In this document: positions 1 through 11,900 of the stretch, piece after piece
How positions within the stretch are numbered: the stretch's first letter is position 1
Layout: each line of letters begins with the position of its first letter
DNA from: Raillietiella orientalis
Lineage: Eukaryota
DNA: 64,000 nucleotides
NCBI GenBank assembly: GCA_036172245.1
Contig: JAYWIR010000026.1
Location: forward strand, 1,488,001 to 1,552,000
Reading direction: 5' to 3'
The notes under the pieces: generated by a model
What the model was told of the DNA's origin: nothing
Seen by the model: the letters and a program-made list of their open reading frames with translations, nothing else
The model's database searches: none
Position numbers and translations under genes: made by a program

Positions 1-57
1 TGGCACAAGGTGACTTTGCGTCCTCTTTGGCAAGCCGTCGAAAAGAGGAGGGAAACT

Positions 58-1078
58 TCAAAGGACGCAAGAGGTTTCACTCTCCAAGAAAGGAATGGGA
101 TGCTCTAGCGGCACCACTGACGAACGTTCCTCTTCTGTGACTGCGGAAATTCCCGGATGTGAGAAGAGGCGGACACAGGCACGTGGCGGAAGTGGTAAAG
201 CAAGTCGACTACCGCTACATCGTGGTTCCCTGCGAAGAGTTTTTTCCTTGTCTGTTCCCTCAAGAGCGATTACGAGGGGGAAGCAGGAAGTGGAAAGATC
301 TGTTTGGGTGCAGGAAAGAGTTTCAGAGAGGGAGGACCCAATGCTCTTTTTTTGCACTGTCACACGGTATGCAACGTGTCCATTGAGCAGTGGCACAAGG
401 AGAAAGGAGTGGATCAAGCCGGAAGACTTGCCCAGGGTCTTGAGATTCTCAGAAAGAGACGATTGCAGCTTTCGAACACGGTTCAGGTTGGAAGCAAGGT
501 TTCCAACGTGATGCCAGTAGCAGTTCCACGTGTCAAAGGGCCGCAGTTGATCTTCCGAAACTCGAGAATCTTGAGCTAAGCAATAAGCACTGTCATCGTT
601 AGTGGACTCTGACCTCTGGAACGTTTCCACGGCAGTTGGGCTACGTCCCCGAATGAGAAATCGATACAGATCTCAGCCTGTTCTACTCAGGGAATGCAGG
701 TAGAGCTTCTTCCTTCCAGGAGTCTTGAAAAATGGCACAGAATTCGAGGGAATGGCTCAAATCGTTTGCTCTGCCACGACAGTCCTGGATGACAATCATT
801 AACAAAGAGTACCGCAGTCATCTGCTTATTGTCCTCTGCGTCCCAGCACATACCTTTTTTTGGAAGAAGGAATTCAGAAACATGGTATGGAATGGAAGAA
901 AACAAGAACCGGGTTGCCCCAGGAACCCAAATATTCCAGCCAAGACCGGAAATTCTATGGAAAGAGTGTATACGAACGCGCTTGCGGAGGTTCCGGAAAG
1001 CTCCGATTCCATGGATCCCTCACAGATGGCAGCGTCGGGATCTGCACTCCCGGGACATCTCTTAGGAATGAAAGGCAT
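58..1078 (-). pseudogene. Possible Mutator-like (MULE) transposase remnant
   Basis: Minus-strand pieces in MULE-like order: YTLSIEFPVLAGIFG (818..1078), then FVNDCHPGL..PFPRILCHF (687..905; cf. hhsD.h.Gl....FP....C.fH). CYWHHVGN (58..630) is a second C..H-like motif, which makes the call ambiguous. Frameshifted; no TIRs seen. Confidence 0.3.
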
Positions 1079-1409
1079 TTCGGCGTTTCAGTCTGCGTGC
1101 AGTCGTTGCGATATCTTTGCCAGGCAGTTTCCGAATTCGGTGTGGGGACCACCCAGAGACCTTCCGAGCGCATCAGAAGATGGCGGGTTCCGTAGTTTTC
1201 GCGTAGAGATGTGAGAGCGTCACCCATGCATGCGTGCCTGGCCGTTCCCTTTAGCGTTTCTGACTCTCGGTGGACTCCTATGATTTAAGATTCGATCGTA
1301 AGGCGCGCGCGCATTCTCGCCAATGGGCGATGTCCCTGCATGCGCTCCTACACGCATAAATCGAGGCAGAAAAGTTGAGTAGCATGAATCCAAGAAGCAT
1401 AAATCGTGT

Positions 1410-1447
1410 AGAGAGAAAGAGAGAGAGAGAGAGAGAGAACGAGAGGA
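1410..1447. repeat. (GA)n microsatellite, imperfect
   Basis: agagagaaagagagagagagagagagagaacgagagga read directly. Confidence 0.9.
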
Positions 1448-4149
1448 GGGGAGGGGGGGATGAACCACGAAAAAAATGACGAAATTATGTGATTCCGGTG
1501 CACAGCAACATTTCCACTTATCTGAGAGAAAACATCTCCGTGGATTTTCACGGATTTCTCAGAGGTGATTCGCTAGAGAGCCGCGCTTCGCCATTCCATC
1601 TCCCCGAACCATCACAAGCGCAGCGCAGAATCTCCTCGCTTCCTCTAAAACAGCACTTGCATTTTCGCCTGCGGCTCCACCTACTCCGATCCAAGCTCAG
1701 GAAACTGACCCATCCTTCAGCAGCTTCAGCAAGGTCAGCAAACCGTCCCTGGTTAAATGGATCCGGCTCTGCCCCGGACGCGCCGAGGATGGGCGGTCGG
1801 TGGGGCCGCAGAGCTTCAGGCCTGCCAGCGACTTGCCTGAAATCCAGGAACTCTCCACTCAAGGCCAGAAGTCGAAGCGACGCCTGAACTGGAGAGTGGG
1901 TGGGAGCAGGGCGCAGCCCACGTCGTATCGGAATGACACATCACTTGCAGCCAGCGAGAAAGCACCTGTGGACCGGGTTCCGTTTCAGCCTCATCACGAT
2001 CAGAGAGAGCTAAATACTGGCTCGGAAAGACAACAAGAAATCTTTCAATGGGAGAAGTGAGATTTATGGTTCCGGGCCTGTGCCTCACAGCTGGCTCCAC
2101 TGATCACGGGCATCATCCTCCACCACCGTCAGGAAGCACTAGATAGATGCTGCTCATGATGACCGGAGGCTGCGCGCACGATCGAACTGCGGAAAAGAGG
2201 TCGACGGAACAACTTGGCTTCGCACGTCGGAGCTTCCCCCCATCCATTTCTTTTTCCCGGAAGTTTCACAAGCCGGATGCTGGAATCGATTTGGGAAAAA
2301 AGAAAAAGTCTCTCACGGAAGAAACACAGGGACTTCTTCCAAAGGTCGGATGGGAATCGGTTCGAAGTTTCGCCGAGAGATGCCGGAAGCGAACAGCTGT
2401 TCCGAGAACTCCCGCCAGAGAGCGAGCGTGCTCCGTGCTCTGCCCATGTCCAGAAAAAGGATACCTTGTTGCAAGCACCACCCGTTCCCCCGTCCGTCCA
2501 CCGATCCGAATCGGAGGTCCCCCCCCCCTTCCAGTTCGATGGGAAAGCGTCACACGACCCGACCTTCGAGCCTTCCGAGGATCGTTCGACGGCTCCGCAG
2601 GGAATCTCCTGTTGCTGACCAATGTGCTTATCCTCGAGGTAAGAAACCACCACCTACTGGCACGAGAACGGCACGATTTCCCTATCAGCCGGCTCTCTAA
2701 GGACTGGCGCCAGCGACGGCGCTCGACTTTCGTCGCAGCAAGTTCGCTCTCACCCAGAAGTCCCTTCAGACGCAGCGATGTGTCTCCGATGGGGGGAGAG
2801 ACGTTTCGAGGCGACCCGTCTGGGCTGTCTCCTGCGCGTTTCCCCATCCCGCGCGAAAAGAGGGTTCGGCGACTCCCCCTTCTCATGGCAACATTGCAGG
2901 GATCCTCCCGGTTTAACCCGGTGTCACCCCGGGACGTTTACTTTAAACAAAAAGCAATAGCGGTGAAACTATGCGCGAGCACAGTTCCCGAAGGACGAGA
3001 AGGAAAAAAGAAAAAGTTCAGCGGGAACGACCACCGGCGCGCGTTTCCGCCCGGGGGGAGAGGGGAAAAGGAGAGGAAAAATAGGGCCAGGGAGGGAAAG
3101 CATTCCTCGCCTCCGCGCTAGTACGAAGGCATCTCCATCCAGGAGCACCTGCTCTGCTGTGCTCCTGGATGGCGGCTCTGGCAGGTTTCTGCCATCCCGC
3201 GGCGAGGAGGAAAGTCTCGGAGGCGGAAGGAATGGACTCGGCCTCCGCGCAGCCGCCCTGCGTTTCTCGACTTCCCGATGCTTTCCCATTCGCCGCTTGG
3301 ATGAGGACGGGATGGACCGGCGGCCTCCGTATGGATTGGGACCATCGCACGAGAGCGCGCGATAGTGAACTCGCGCCGGGTAACAGGGAGCGCCGCAGAA
3401 CGAACGGGATGCATATTCATAAGGATGCAGGCGTCTTGCACCATGCAGTGGACGGGTGGGGAGCGAGGAGGTTCCAGGATGCCGGTCGGCGACTCCCCCC
3501 TTGGGTCACACCTTGGGGCGACGTGAGCTCACGCCTAGCGTCTCCGGGGTCCCGTGCGCGGAGGCTGCATCGTGAGTCCGGCAGCTCCTCAATTGCCGGA
3601 GGGCACGTGTGAACCTCCGAATGCCGCTTCGAAGAAGCGTCACCCCTCGACCTGCGGTGGCAAGACGTCCATAAGGCGAAGGTGGTAGGAGACTGGAATC
3701 CTGGTTCATCTTGGCTGCTCTCCCTACGTCCTTCCGGCTCTTTCGTTCCTCTTTTTGCTGTTGCTTCCTCTGGTATCGAAGAAACCTTTGCTTCGCTCCC
3801 CCTGGGGGGCGTCGTAGCGGCTCGGCCATGCCCCCACGTGGGGTGCTGCCGATCCCGTTCCACTGCCGCGCACCCGGGGTGTACGCGCGAAGCGGACAGG
3901 GGTGAAGCCGAAGGGTGCTCCCGCTCTCGGCGGCTGCGATGCAGCCGCGGGAGCGGGTGCGCGCGCTGCGCACCCACTCCGCGGAAGGAAGCGGCGTAGC
4001 CATCTCAGAGTCATCTCCCGGGGGGAATCGGAACCTTCGCATCGCCCAGTCACTGCCTTCCGGCCGCTCATTCGAACCCACGACGCCAGTTGGCGCACGC
4101 GCGCGCGGGGACGCCGCGGCCAGCATCCATAAGGAAAGGTGCCGAAGAT

Positions 4150-4900
4150 GCGTGGAAGGAGATGAGAATGTGCTGCGGCACAGTCTCAATTCCTGTGTGA
4201 GACATGCAGGTCACTCCATCAGGAGGCACGGCAATGTTCAGGGAGATCAAGTCCGAGGGGCGATGCAGAAGTGGCGGAAACGAATGGTCTGCAGCGGCTG
4301 ACCAGCGTCGGCATCGGGATCGGAGCCTCTGCCAGCTTTGCTTTCTCACTGGAATCGTCCCCAGCGCCTTCTTCGAAAGATCGGCGGCAGAGCTGGAGGA
4401 GCCTGGACAAACAAAGTGAAGCGAACACCGCGAACGCGCTCGGATGCTGTGCTCCCTCCGCAGGAGCACAGCATCCGAGCGTTGGCAGTGGGTTCCTCAC
4501 AGGATCCCGAGATGTCGAGATGTTTCATACGTATGCAGACCGTTGGAGGCGCATGATGGCGTGTTCCAGAAGCCGAGATGTACGTTGCGCACGACTACAG
4601 CGTGCTCTCCAACGAGCGGTTCCTTCTGTCTTAGAAGAACGCAGCGCCGTCCTTCTCCCAGTCCAAAAGACTGAACCGCCATCGTACGCGAGTGTTAGCC
4701 GTGGGAGTTGTGCCAGAAGGAATGCCGGAGGGTGCACGTCCATGAAGATTTTAGAATGAGTACGTCGACAAGAACATGGAATGGTACACGAGCATGCTTG
4801 AGGGTACCTGCACTGTACGAGCAGGCGGCCGTGCGCGGGGTCGGAACCTCATTCCTGAAGAGCAGTTCAACTTTGCCCGTGGGATGCGTGGCCTGGTATT
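4150..4900 (-). pseudogene. Degenerate Argonaute-like N-terminal fragment (N domain, L1 linker, start of PAZ)
   Basis: In order across frames: PTGKVELLFRN (G..i.l..N), PFHVLVDVLI (hYdVdI), LAYDGGSVFWT (aYDG..lyt), HFVCPG...DLSKKALG..RKQSW..LR...AADHSF (L1-like), VTCMSHTG (PAZ vtH). Several frameshifts; no MID/PIWI found. Confidence 0.4.
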
Positions 4901-5662
4901 TAGCCAGAGTCCCGAGTTGCAGCGCGGGCAACTCGAGACCCCTCCAGGAGATGTGCAAGGGATGTCAAATCTTGCATGTCTGCCGAATGCAGTGGAATAT
5001 CACGAGAGTCCAGGCAGTTGTCCAGGGCTTTGCAGTTTCTAAGGTTTCTCATCTGCTCCCCGTAATTCATCATTTCATTCATCTCCCCATACATTGGTGC
5101 TGCAATCTCCTTAGTCCTCGTCCAGTACATTGGAACAATCTTCTGCATGCTAATTATTTGTTTTTCTATTTCTTCTCCTTCTTCTTCTGCTCTATAATTA
5201 CGCGAAATTGTCACTACTAATTGTGCAACTCTTTTGTTCTGCCTTTTCTATTTTTCACGGTGATTTTCGATCCCGAGCGGGCAGTCCTGTCATGCACCAT
5301 AGCTACAAACATGTGCTTCCTCCCCCACCCGCCCTCCAGAAATACGAAATCTCCTGGAAGTCGAGTGATGGACCGAATTCCCCTGAGAAATGACCGAGCT
5401 TGTCGACAAGGGGGGCAGTTAGGGCAACTTGGGGTCAAAGTGCACGTGCGTGAAGCGGACTGGATGCTGCGCGCTCCCGTTTCCCGCTCATCTTCGGAGG
5501 CACTATTGCTGTTGGGGTTCTTCAAGGAAGGCTCCCGATCTCACGCTGTTCAGTAACACTGGTAAGAAGACAAAGCTGCACACCGGGAGCGCCGGTTCGG
5601 AGCAGCCCGGGGACCTGAGCAGGTCTTCGAGCACGGGAGTATCCCGAGACTGGCGGGTGTGG

Positions 5663-6705
5663 CCCGAAAGACCTTAAAAAACAAATAGATGTGCGTGCAT
5701 TAATGTATAGATCCATATACAAATTGGTGCTCAAATTCATTTGAACACACACAATTATTAATATTTATTATATTGCTGAAGTAATGAACATGCTTATTAT
5801 ATGTTAATATACACTATAGAGATTATAAGAAATGTATACATATGGAATTCTTAAAAACAACAAATACTTTTGACAATTGAAAATAATGGAGAAAAGATGA
5901 AAAAAAAGCAAGCAGATGGAAAAAGCCAAAAAGTGTTGGCATTTCCTCTTCCTGTCGCTTCCAACGCTCACCAAATGACACTTTCGCCAGGAAACGGCGA
6001 ATTCCTTTTTCGCGAATTTCGACGTCCCATAAATGTACATATGTTTATGATCGGATAATTATACATTCATTTCATGTGTATTTATTACATGCATGAATGT
6101 GTATTAAGATACATAATAGACGCACACACGTACATATTGATAATCTTCAATGTGAATATTGACAATACATGTTAATACTTACATAATAAATATGTATGTG
6201 TATAAATTATATTGATTATATGAATGAGTACGTTGAAATAAATTTGTATATTAATCTATCTACCAATGTATTTATCGTGTAAGCATCAATATGCATTAAT
6301 CGTACTTGTTTTTTATAATTTATAAAAAATATATTAATCCATGAATAATAAACGTATTAGCATTATATTAACATCTAAAATAAACACACATATAAATTCA
6401 TGAAGTTCTTAATATACATTAATCTGTATACGGATATATGCATATATAGACATTAATATATAATAAACATATTATAAGCCATATTAATACATGTATTGAA
6501 AATTATTTAAACCTGAATATTTGTTAATATTAACAACTATATGATATATAACCGTTATCAGCAAATATATAAGCACTAATAACAAATATATAAGTATATT
6601 TATTAATGTTAACAAATATTAATAAATTTTGCATATTGATCTCTATATAAATATATGTGTTAATATGCATAGTAAACAAATATTTATTCTTTAAGGTCTT
6701 TCGGG
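5663..6705. mobile_element. AT-rich non-coding element bounded by 25-bp inverted repeats (MITE-like / non-autonomous DNA transposon)
   Basis: Left 5663-5687 cccgaaagaccttaaaaaacaaata vs reverse complement of 6681-6705 cccgaaagaccttaaagaataaata (23/25). The repeats coincide with an abrupt switch to very AT-rich DNA. TTAA at 5674-5677 and 6691-6694. Confidence 0.6.
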
Positions 6706-8189
6706 ACTTCGATAGTTCTCGGATGCTGAGGAGCACTGCCAAAGAGCAAACGCATCCGCCTATTCCCCGGGAAAATGACGGACAGCTGCCGTTTCGCCTT
6801 CCGTAGAGACGAGTGCTTGGGTGTTGGGCTGGGGACACCCCATGCAAAGGGAGGGCAGCTGCTGTAGCTGAGCAGGAGAGGGTGGAGGATACGGCCAGCG
6901 GACGTGGTTCTGCTCCCGCGATTTTGGCTCTCCGACGACCTCGGCGCTGAAAGAAGGAAGATGGAAAATGAAAAGATGTGGTGCTCCTCTTCGGGCCGTC
7001 GGGAACTCCCCGATGGAAAGATGGCTGCTCTGGGCCCCAAGGGTTTCTCCTGGCTCACCTTTCGGGGTGCCTTCGTTCGGTGGCCCTCTGTTCCCGGGGA
7101 ATGGCTCAAGGGAGGGCGGGAAGGGAAACTGCACGGCTGATGACTCCGCCTGGATCGAGAAAGAGCAGAAGGAGCATCGCAAAACACCGGGACGAGACGT
7201 GATCTTCGCGTCCACGTCCGCGCATGCGCACAGCAACGGTCGTTCGTGACCTGCGTACCACCTGCCCGCACGAGCGGGCACCCACACTCGCTCAGAGCTT
7301 CACGATTTTCCTCCTCCGCTCCCATTCAAGCCCCGAGTGTTCCCTCGTTTAAGAAGGATTTTAGATCCCCTAGGTTTGCACCTATTGGCCCTACTCCCCT
7401 TTCGGCTTTCCATCGGCATGGCTAAGCGGCAATGGAAGTTTTGTGCCGCCGTGTCTGTCCACTCGAGTGACGACGGGCACCAGGGTTCGTCCACCAGGGT
7501 TCGTCATTTGTAAAGCCGGTGGGGGACGGAGGGGGGTAGGAAGCACTTTCTTCAGCGCATGTTCTCCCACCGGGATGTTTCCCGGGAAACCCTCCCCCAT
7601 TCCTCTCAGAGACAAACTTTGAGAGGACCTTTCTTGCCTTCCGAAGCGCGTCGGAGGGTCGCTTGTCACCGCTTGTCAAAGAGCACGTTCTAGGTCCCCC
7701 AGGTCATTCTAAGCACCGCATGCCGATGGCGGCAAGCGCTTCTCCTAGGGGGCTCTCTCCTCAAGGGGGGAGGGGAAGGGGAGGGAAGTCTCGCACCTCT
7801 CGCCACCAATTCCTGGCTTCCCCATCAAATCCTTCTGGTCCAATGGCTCCCGGACGCGTGCGCGCGCGAATCATCGTCGAGAGCCAGAAACAAAGTGAAG
7901 CAAATGATTCCATCTCATCCGCGCCATCATCCCTCCTTGCTCGCAATTCGCCAGTTGGTGTTTATCTCGTTGCGTAGCCTGGTGGCGGGAGGACATCAGC
8001 ACATCACCATTTCTGCCTGTCCCGTCTCCTCTCTGGCGTCCTCTGCTGGCGATCCGTCGACGGACACCCAAGGTCTGACGTCATTCATCGCAAAGGTTGT
8101 GATACCACTTCTGCCCCCCGCGTGAAGAGGCGCCTCAGCATGTCTTTCGGGTTGTCTGCCGAGAACTGCAAAGGTTGTCCTCGACGGAC

Positions 8190-9285
8190 TCATCTCCAAG
8201 CACTCCGGGGGCAACAAACTTGGGGTAGATGTGGGGAACGGCTTCCCTTCCACCACACCGGGCACAGTTCAGGGCCGCAGTTCCCCTGGTCCGGCGGTGT
8301 CAGCGCGACTTGCAAGCGACAGCCCAATGAGGCAGTTGCTACTTCCGCTACTTCAGGGAGAACACGGAGCTCTTCGACGGAAACGAAACCTACGCCCGTC
8401 CTCCCAGTGACAAACGGCTGCGGAGGAAACCAGCTGACGAGCTCGCAAGGTTGCCATATCGGAGATAGGAATGAAACACATACCATCCTAATGGGCCGTA
8501 GGGTGTCCCCATCTTTGATGTCGACGCGGGCGATGCGTGGTCGGTCGGTTATCCGAAAGGTCCTTCTTTGCTCTCCTCACTCTTGCACGGGCTGCAATCT
8601 CCCCTTGCAGATGCTCTCTGGGTAGCACCACAATCCCTCATCCTCCATCCTTGATTGCGGCCCGAATCAGCCTCGAATCCGTTTCCGGGATAGTCTGGAT
8701 GTTGGCCACCAACTCGCAGCGTTTCCAGAACATCCTGCCTGCCCGGCTCATCGTTCATCTCCGCGTCAGCATGGTGTGGTTGCTGACGCATCTCTCGAGG
8801 AGCGTTCAAGAGATGCTTGCGACCCTCCGCATCTCTCGCACAGGCGTTCCGCGAGCGGCCCCTGAGGAGCGTCGTTCCTGCGGGCAGAAGGTCGAGTCGC
8901 GCCGCAAGAACGAACCTGCAATCCACGGGCGTAAGAGTTCGCTGGCGACTCGAAAACGCCCCGAAGTCCGGGGGTGCTGCCCATCCCACGACGTGGTCCT
9001 CTCCTGACCGACCAGTAGACCCGGGTTACTTGGCGACGAGGGATGCGCCCCCGTTGCCTCCTTGCGCCGAATTGCTGGAAGGTCGGTGATGGTTTCCTTC
9101 CTCATCGAACTCGGAGTCACCACCAAGTATGACCTCGACCACAAACGTCCATTCCAATCCACCCTTCCTGCTCCGGACCTCTGCCTTCCCAGCATGCAGG
9201 TACTTTCAGTGCTGCTACTATTGCTTACTTCCCATCGCTCGCTCGAGGCATGGAGTCCTCCTCGTTCGTTGAAGACCACGGTGTC
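8190..9285 (-). mobile_element. 5'-truncated RLE-type (R2-group: NeSL/Utopia/Hero-like) non-LTR retrotransposon remnant
   Basis: FNERGGL (thumb GGLG-like), then LTPVDCRFVLAARLDLLP...ACARD..RKHLLNA (RF...ARL..LP plus decayed CCHC finger, ORF 8549..8989), then IARVDIK and PFVTGRTG (RLE tail, ORF 8190..8486). Confidence 0.6.
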
Positions 9286-9792
9286 TGTTTTTTTTTTTTC
9301 CTTCGACGCCGAGTGGTGAAACAGCGGCTTTCAAGTTGATGACCAGTCGAAAGGCCATCATTAAGCTCTGATGTACTTCACAGGTACCTGTGATTTGTAA
9401 TGCGATGTAATGCTGTGTTACTATGTGTGAAATCCATAGGCCGATGAGTAGGTATGTAGCAGCTGCATGTGTAGACACGATTCTAGTTAGAAGAATAGAT
9501 TTAGATTTATACAGCTGAATTTAAGCTGCTGTATTTGAATGTGACCTTCTCATCCAGGAAGAGGAAGAGAAAACTGAATGGACATGTGCCAGCTCGGTAC
9601 CCCGATGTGGAAGGGACTGGGGAGGAGTGGATGAAATTAATAAATAAATAGGGAATGCGATGATTATCACCCGGTTATGCTGAGACATTTATTACGTAAA
9701 GCAATAAAAATACATTGGTGGCAGAACCCTTGGTTCTACTACGTGCAATGAATCTGCCGAAGTGGCTCGCAGACCTACGAGGTCCCCTTCGG

Positions 9793-10087
9793 AGGATCGA
9801 CTGAACCAGGCTCAAAGGCTGTTCTCATGGAACTCTTCTCCACATCAGACCTCCAGGATCTCACTGGAGTATTTGCTACTACCACCAAGATCTGCGCCGA
9901 CGGCGGCTCCAGGCGAGCTTGCGCCCAAACCCTTCTGCGCGCACCGTCGCGACCCTCCTACTCGCCGGAACCTGAGGAACCTGCCGTACTCCGGAACGCG
10001 CCCGGAAGGCAGGAACGGCTCTGTCCCGGCGGCTGGTATAGGCTCGACGCTTGAGCGCCATCCATTTTCAGGGCTAGTTGCTTCGGC
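9793..10087 (-). rRNA. 28S rRNA: 28S (LSU) rRNA fragment / pseudogene, from just upstream of D6 to just before the D7a hidden-break region
   Basis: Minus strand reads GCCGAAGCAACTAGCCCTGAAAATGGATGGCGCT...GAGTAGGAGGGTCGCG...GCAGATCTTGGTGGTAGTAGCAAATACTCCAGTGAGATCCTGGAGG..TGTGGAGAAGAGTTCCATGAGAACAGC...TCAGTCGATCCT. These are conserved LSU core motifs. The expansion segment can still pair (GCCGGGAC/GTTCCGGC, CCTGCC/GGCAGG). No other rDNA seen nearby. Confidence 0.95.
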
Positions 10088-10088
10088 G

Positions 10089-11900
10089 TGGGGCAAAGGG
10101 AAACAAAAACGAAAAAAAATAAAAACACAAAAACAGGGGAGGGGAAATTTCACACGGGGGGGAGGGAGGGAACCGAGGGAGGGATCACAGTACGCTGTAT
10201 GGAATCCTCTGCATCCTATCCGGGATGCTGGCAAGTTCTGTTCGTATAGCGTTCAGGTGGGGTCATCTCCAGGCGGTCTTCAGGAAGATCCACGCCCAGT
10301 GGATGGCGTCCCTGCTATTCTGGCCTCTTCTTCCCGTGTTCCAGGCCGCCTTGATACCGCGGAGATAGCAGAGGACTGCGAGGGTCGCGGCTGGCGGCAA
10401 TGCAGCTCACTCACGAAGAGGCGTCTGAAAATGTATCTGGACCGCCCGCAGGAATCCCAAGGGTCGTCTTTAGACCATTCCTAAGAAGATGGAGGGCAGC
10501 ACAGTCCACCAGCAGGTGAGGGAGGGTCTCCTTCTTCCTGCACCTGTCGCACTCTGAGCGTCTATCCTCCTCCCGTGTCCAATGGTGAAGGCGTTCTTTC
10601 CACGGAATACCCCATGCAACACCAGCAGCGCCAACTCCTGCCACCATAATCCCCTATACAACACTCACACCTCGTGCCGCGCGCGTGGAGACCACAGCCA
10701 CATGGTCGCCAACGCGGACTTAGCATTCCGAGGTCCTCCTAAGGTCCTGCGTCGGTCAGGAAAAGGAGGAAGAACCTGTCCACGACAGTCCGGAGGTTCC
10801 CTACGGTTGCAGGCGACGGAGTGGGAGAGTGGTCTTCACGGATGGACGGCGCTGGTTGCCCAGGTATTCCCAGCGAGCGCTTCCTGCGCGTGGCGGAGGA
10901 TCGCCAGCCAGCAGGCACCCGGCAATCTTGGAGGAAGGAGTGTTCCCCCTTCGTGCATGCCCCTCGAGGGGCGGCAGGGGCAAACCACCTCTGCGGTATG
11001 CTTCAACCACTGTCTGCCGCTCTCCCATCCGAGTGTGGCCATCAGGTCAAGGTTTCCGGTGTCCTTTAGCAGCCACTCGGGAAACCCCTGGTGTCCTCTC
11101 GGCAATTCTGCATCGCGCGCCGAAACCCGCACCTGAACGCTCCACTCGCCCGCTGCTGGGCGCTGGGGACGCTTTCCCTTCCCTCCTCTTCCTCCTCGGT
11201 TACCCGCTCGTCTCCCTCTCCGCTCTACCCTGCGTTCTGGATTTTCGACGGTGCCATCATTATGGTCTACTCCTGTATGTAGTTGGGATTTGTAATGGCC
11301 GCTGAACCGGGAAGACCATTCGTCACTCCAGACACTCCTGGTTGGTTGGGATGCCTGCCTCTTCGAGAGACGGGGACGACTTCATTCCCATCTCTCGGAG
11401 GGGTAGATGTGGAGGGACTCCCTGCAATTCGGCTAGGAGGGAAGAAGGGGAGGTGGAAGAGGGAAGGAGAATCTTGGAGCTCGGCGAGAAGATTCCCAGC
11501 TATCACTTTCCGTTGCCCATCGCTAGAGCGTGGGACTCCTCGTCCACGAGCTCTCGTCATCGTCCCTGCGGTCGCGCGCTCAGCGAGTTCCAGGACACAG
11601 CTCGCGATCTTCCTCTTCATCCCGGGATCTTTTCGGCAGCTTCCCTCCACAGGTTCCCTTAGCGATAACGCGTGACTCTTCCTCTCAGGAGAACAGCACA
11701 CGCGGGGAAGACAGTCCACGTAGATCAGGGAACGACGCGACCAGATCTCCAACGTCTTTCTTGGGGGGTGAGTCGGAGAAGGCAAACGAAGGTTTGTCCC
11801 TGATCCTCAGCTGGCCCAAGAGAACTTCGTCCATCCACCTCTGCGTCCTCGAATCCCTGGCCCTCCGAGCTATCTGGAACTGCTCACGCTCTCCCTCAGC
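10089..11900 (-). mobile_element. L1/Tx1-clade LINE, 3' part of ORF2 plus T-rich 3' UTR (copy A), decayed
   Basis: RKVIAGNLLA...FHLPFFPP (post-RT), WQELALLVLHGVF/PWKERLHHW, and zf-RVT CDRCRKKETLPHLLVDC (10411..10647). C-terminus HLNAIRTELASIPDRMQRIPYSVL* with stop at 10185-10187, then a T-rich UTR. The 5' boundary is approximate. Confidence 0.7.

Noticed and set aside
9762..9800. Short hairpins including a CTTCGG loop; possible HDV-like ribozyme
   Set aside because: I could not build the nested double pseudoknot, and the stems are short and imperfect.
9762..10484. 240-aa plus-strand ORF
   Set aside because: Antisense translation of the 28S fragment and the LINE 3' end.
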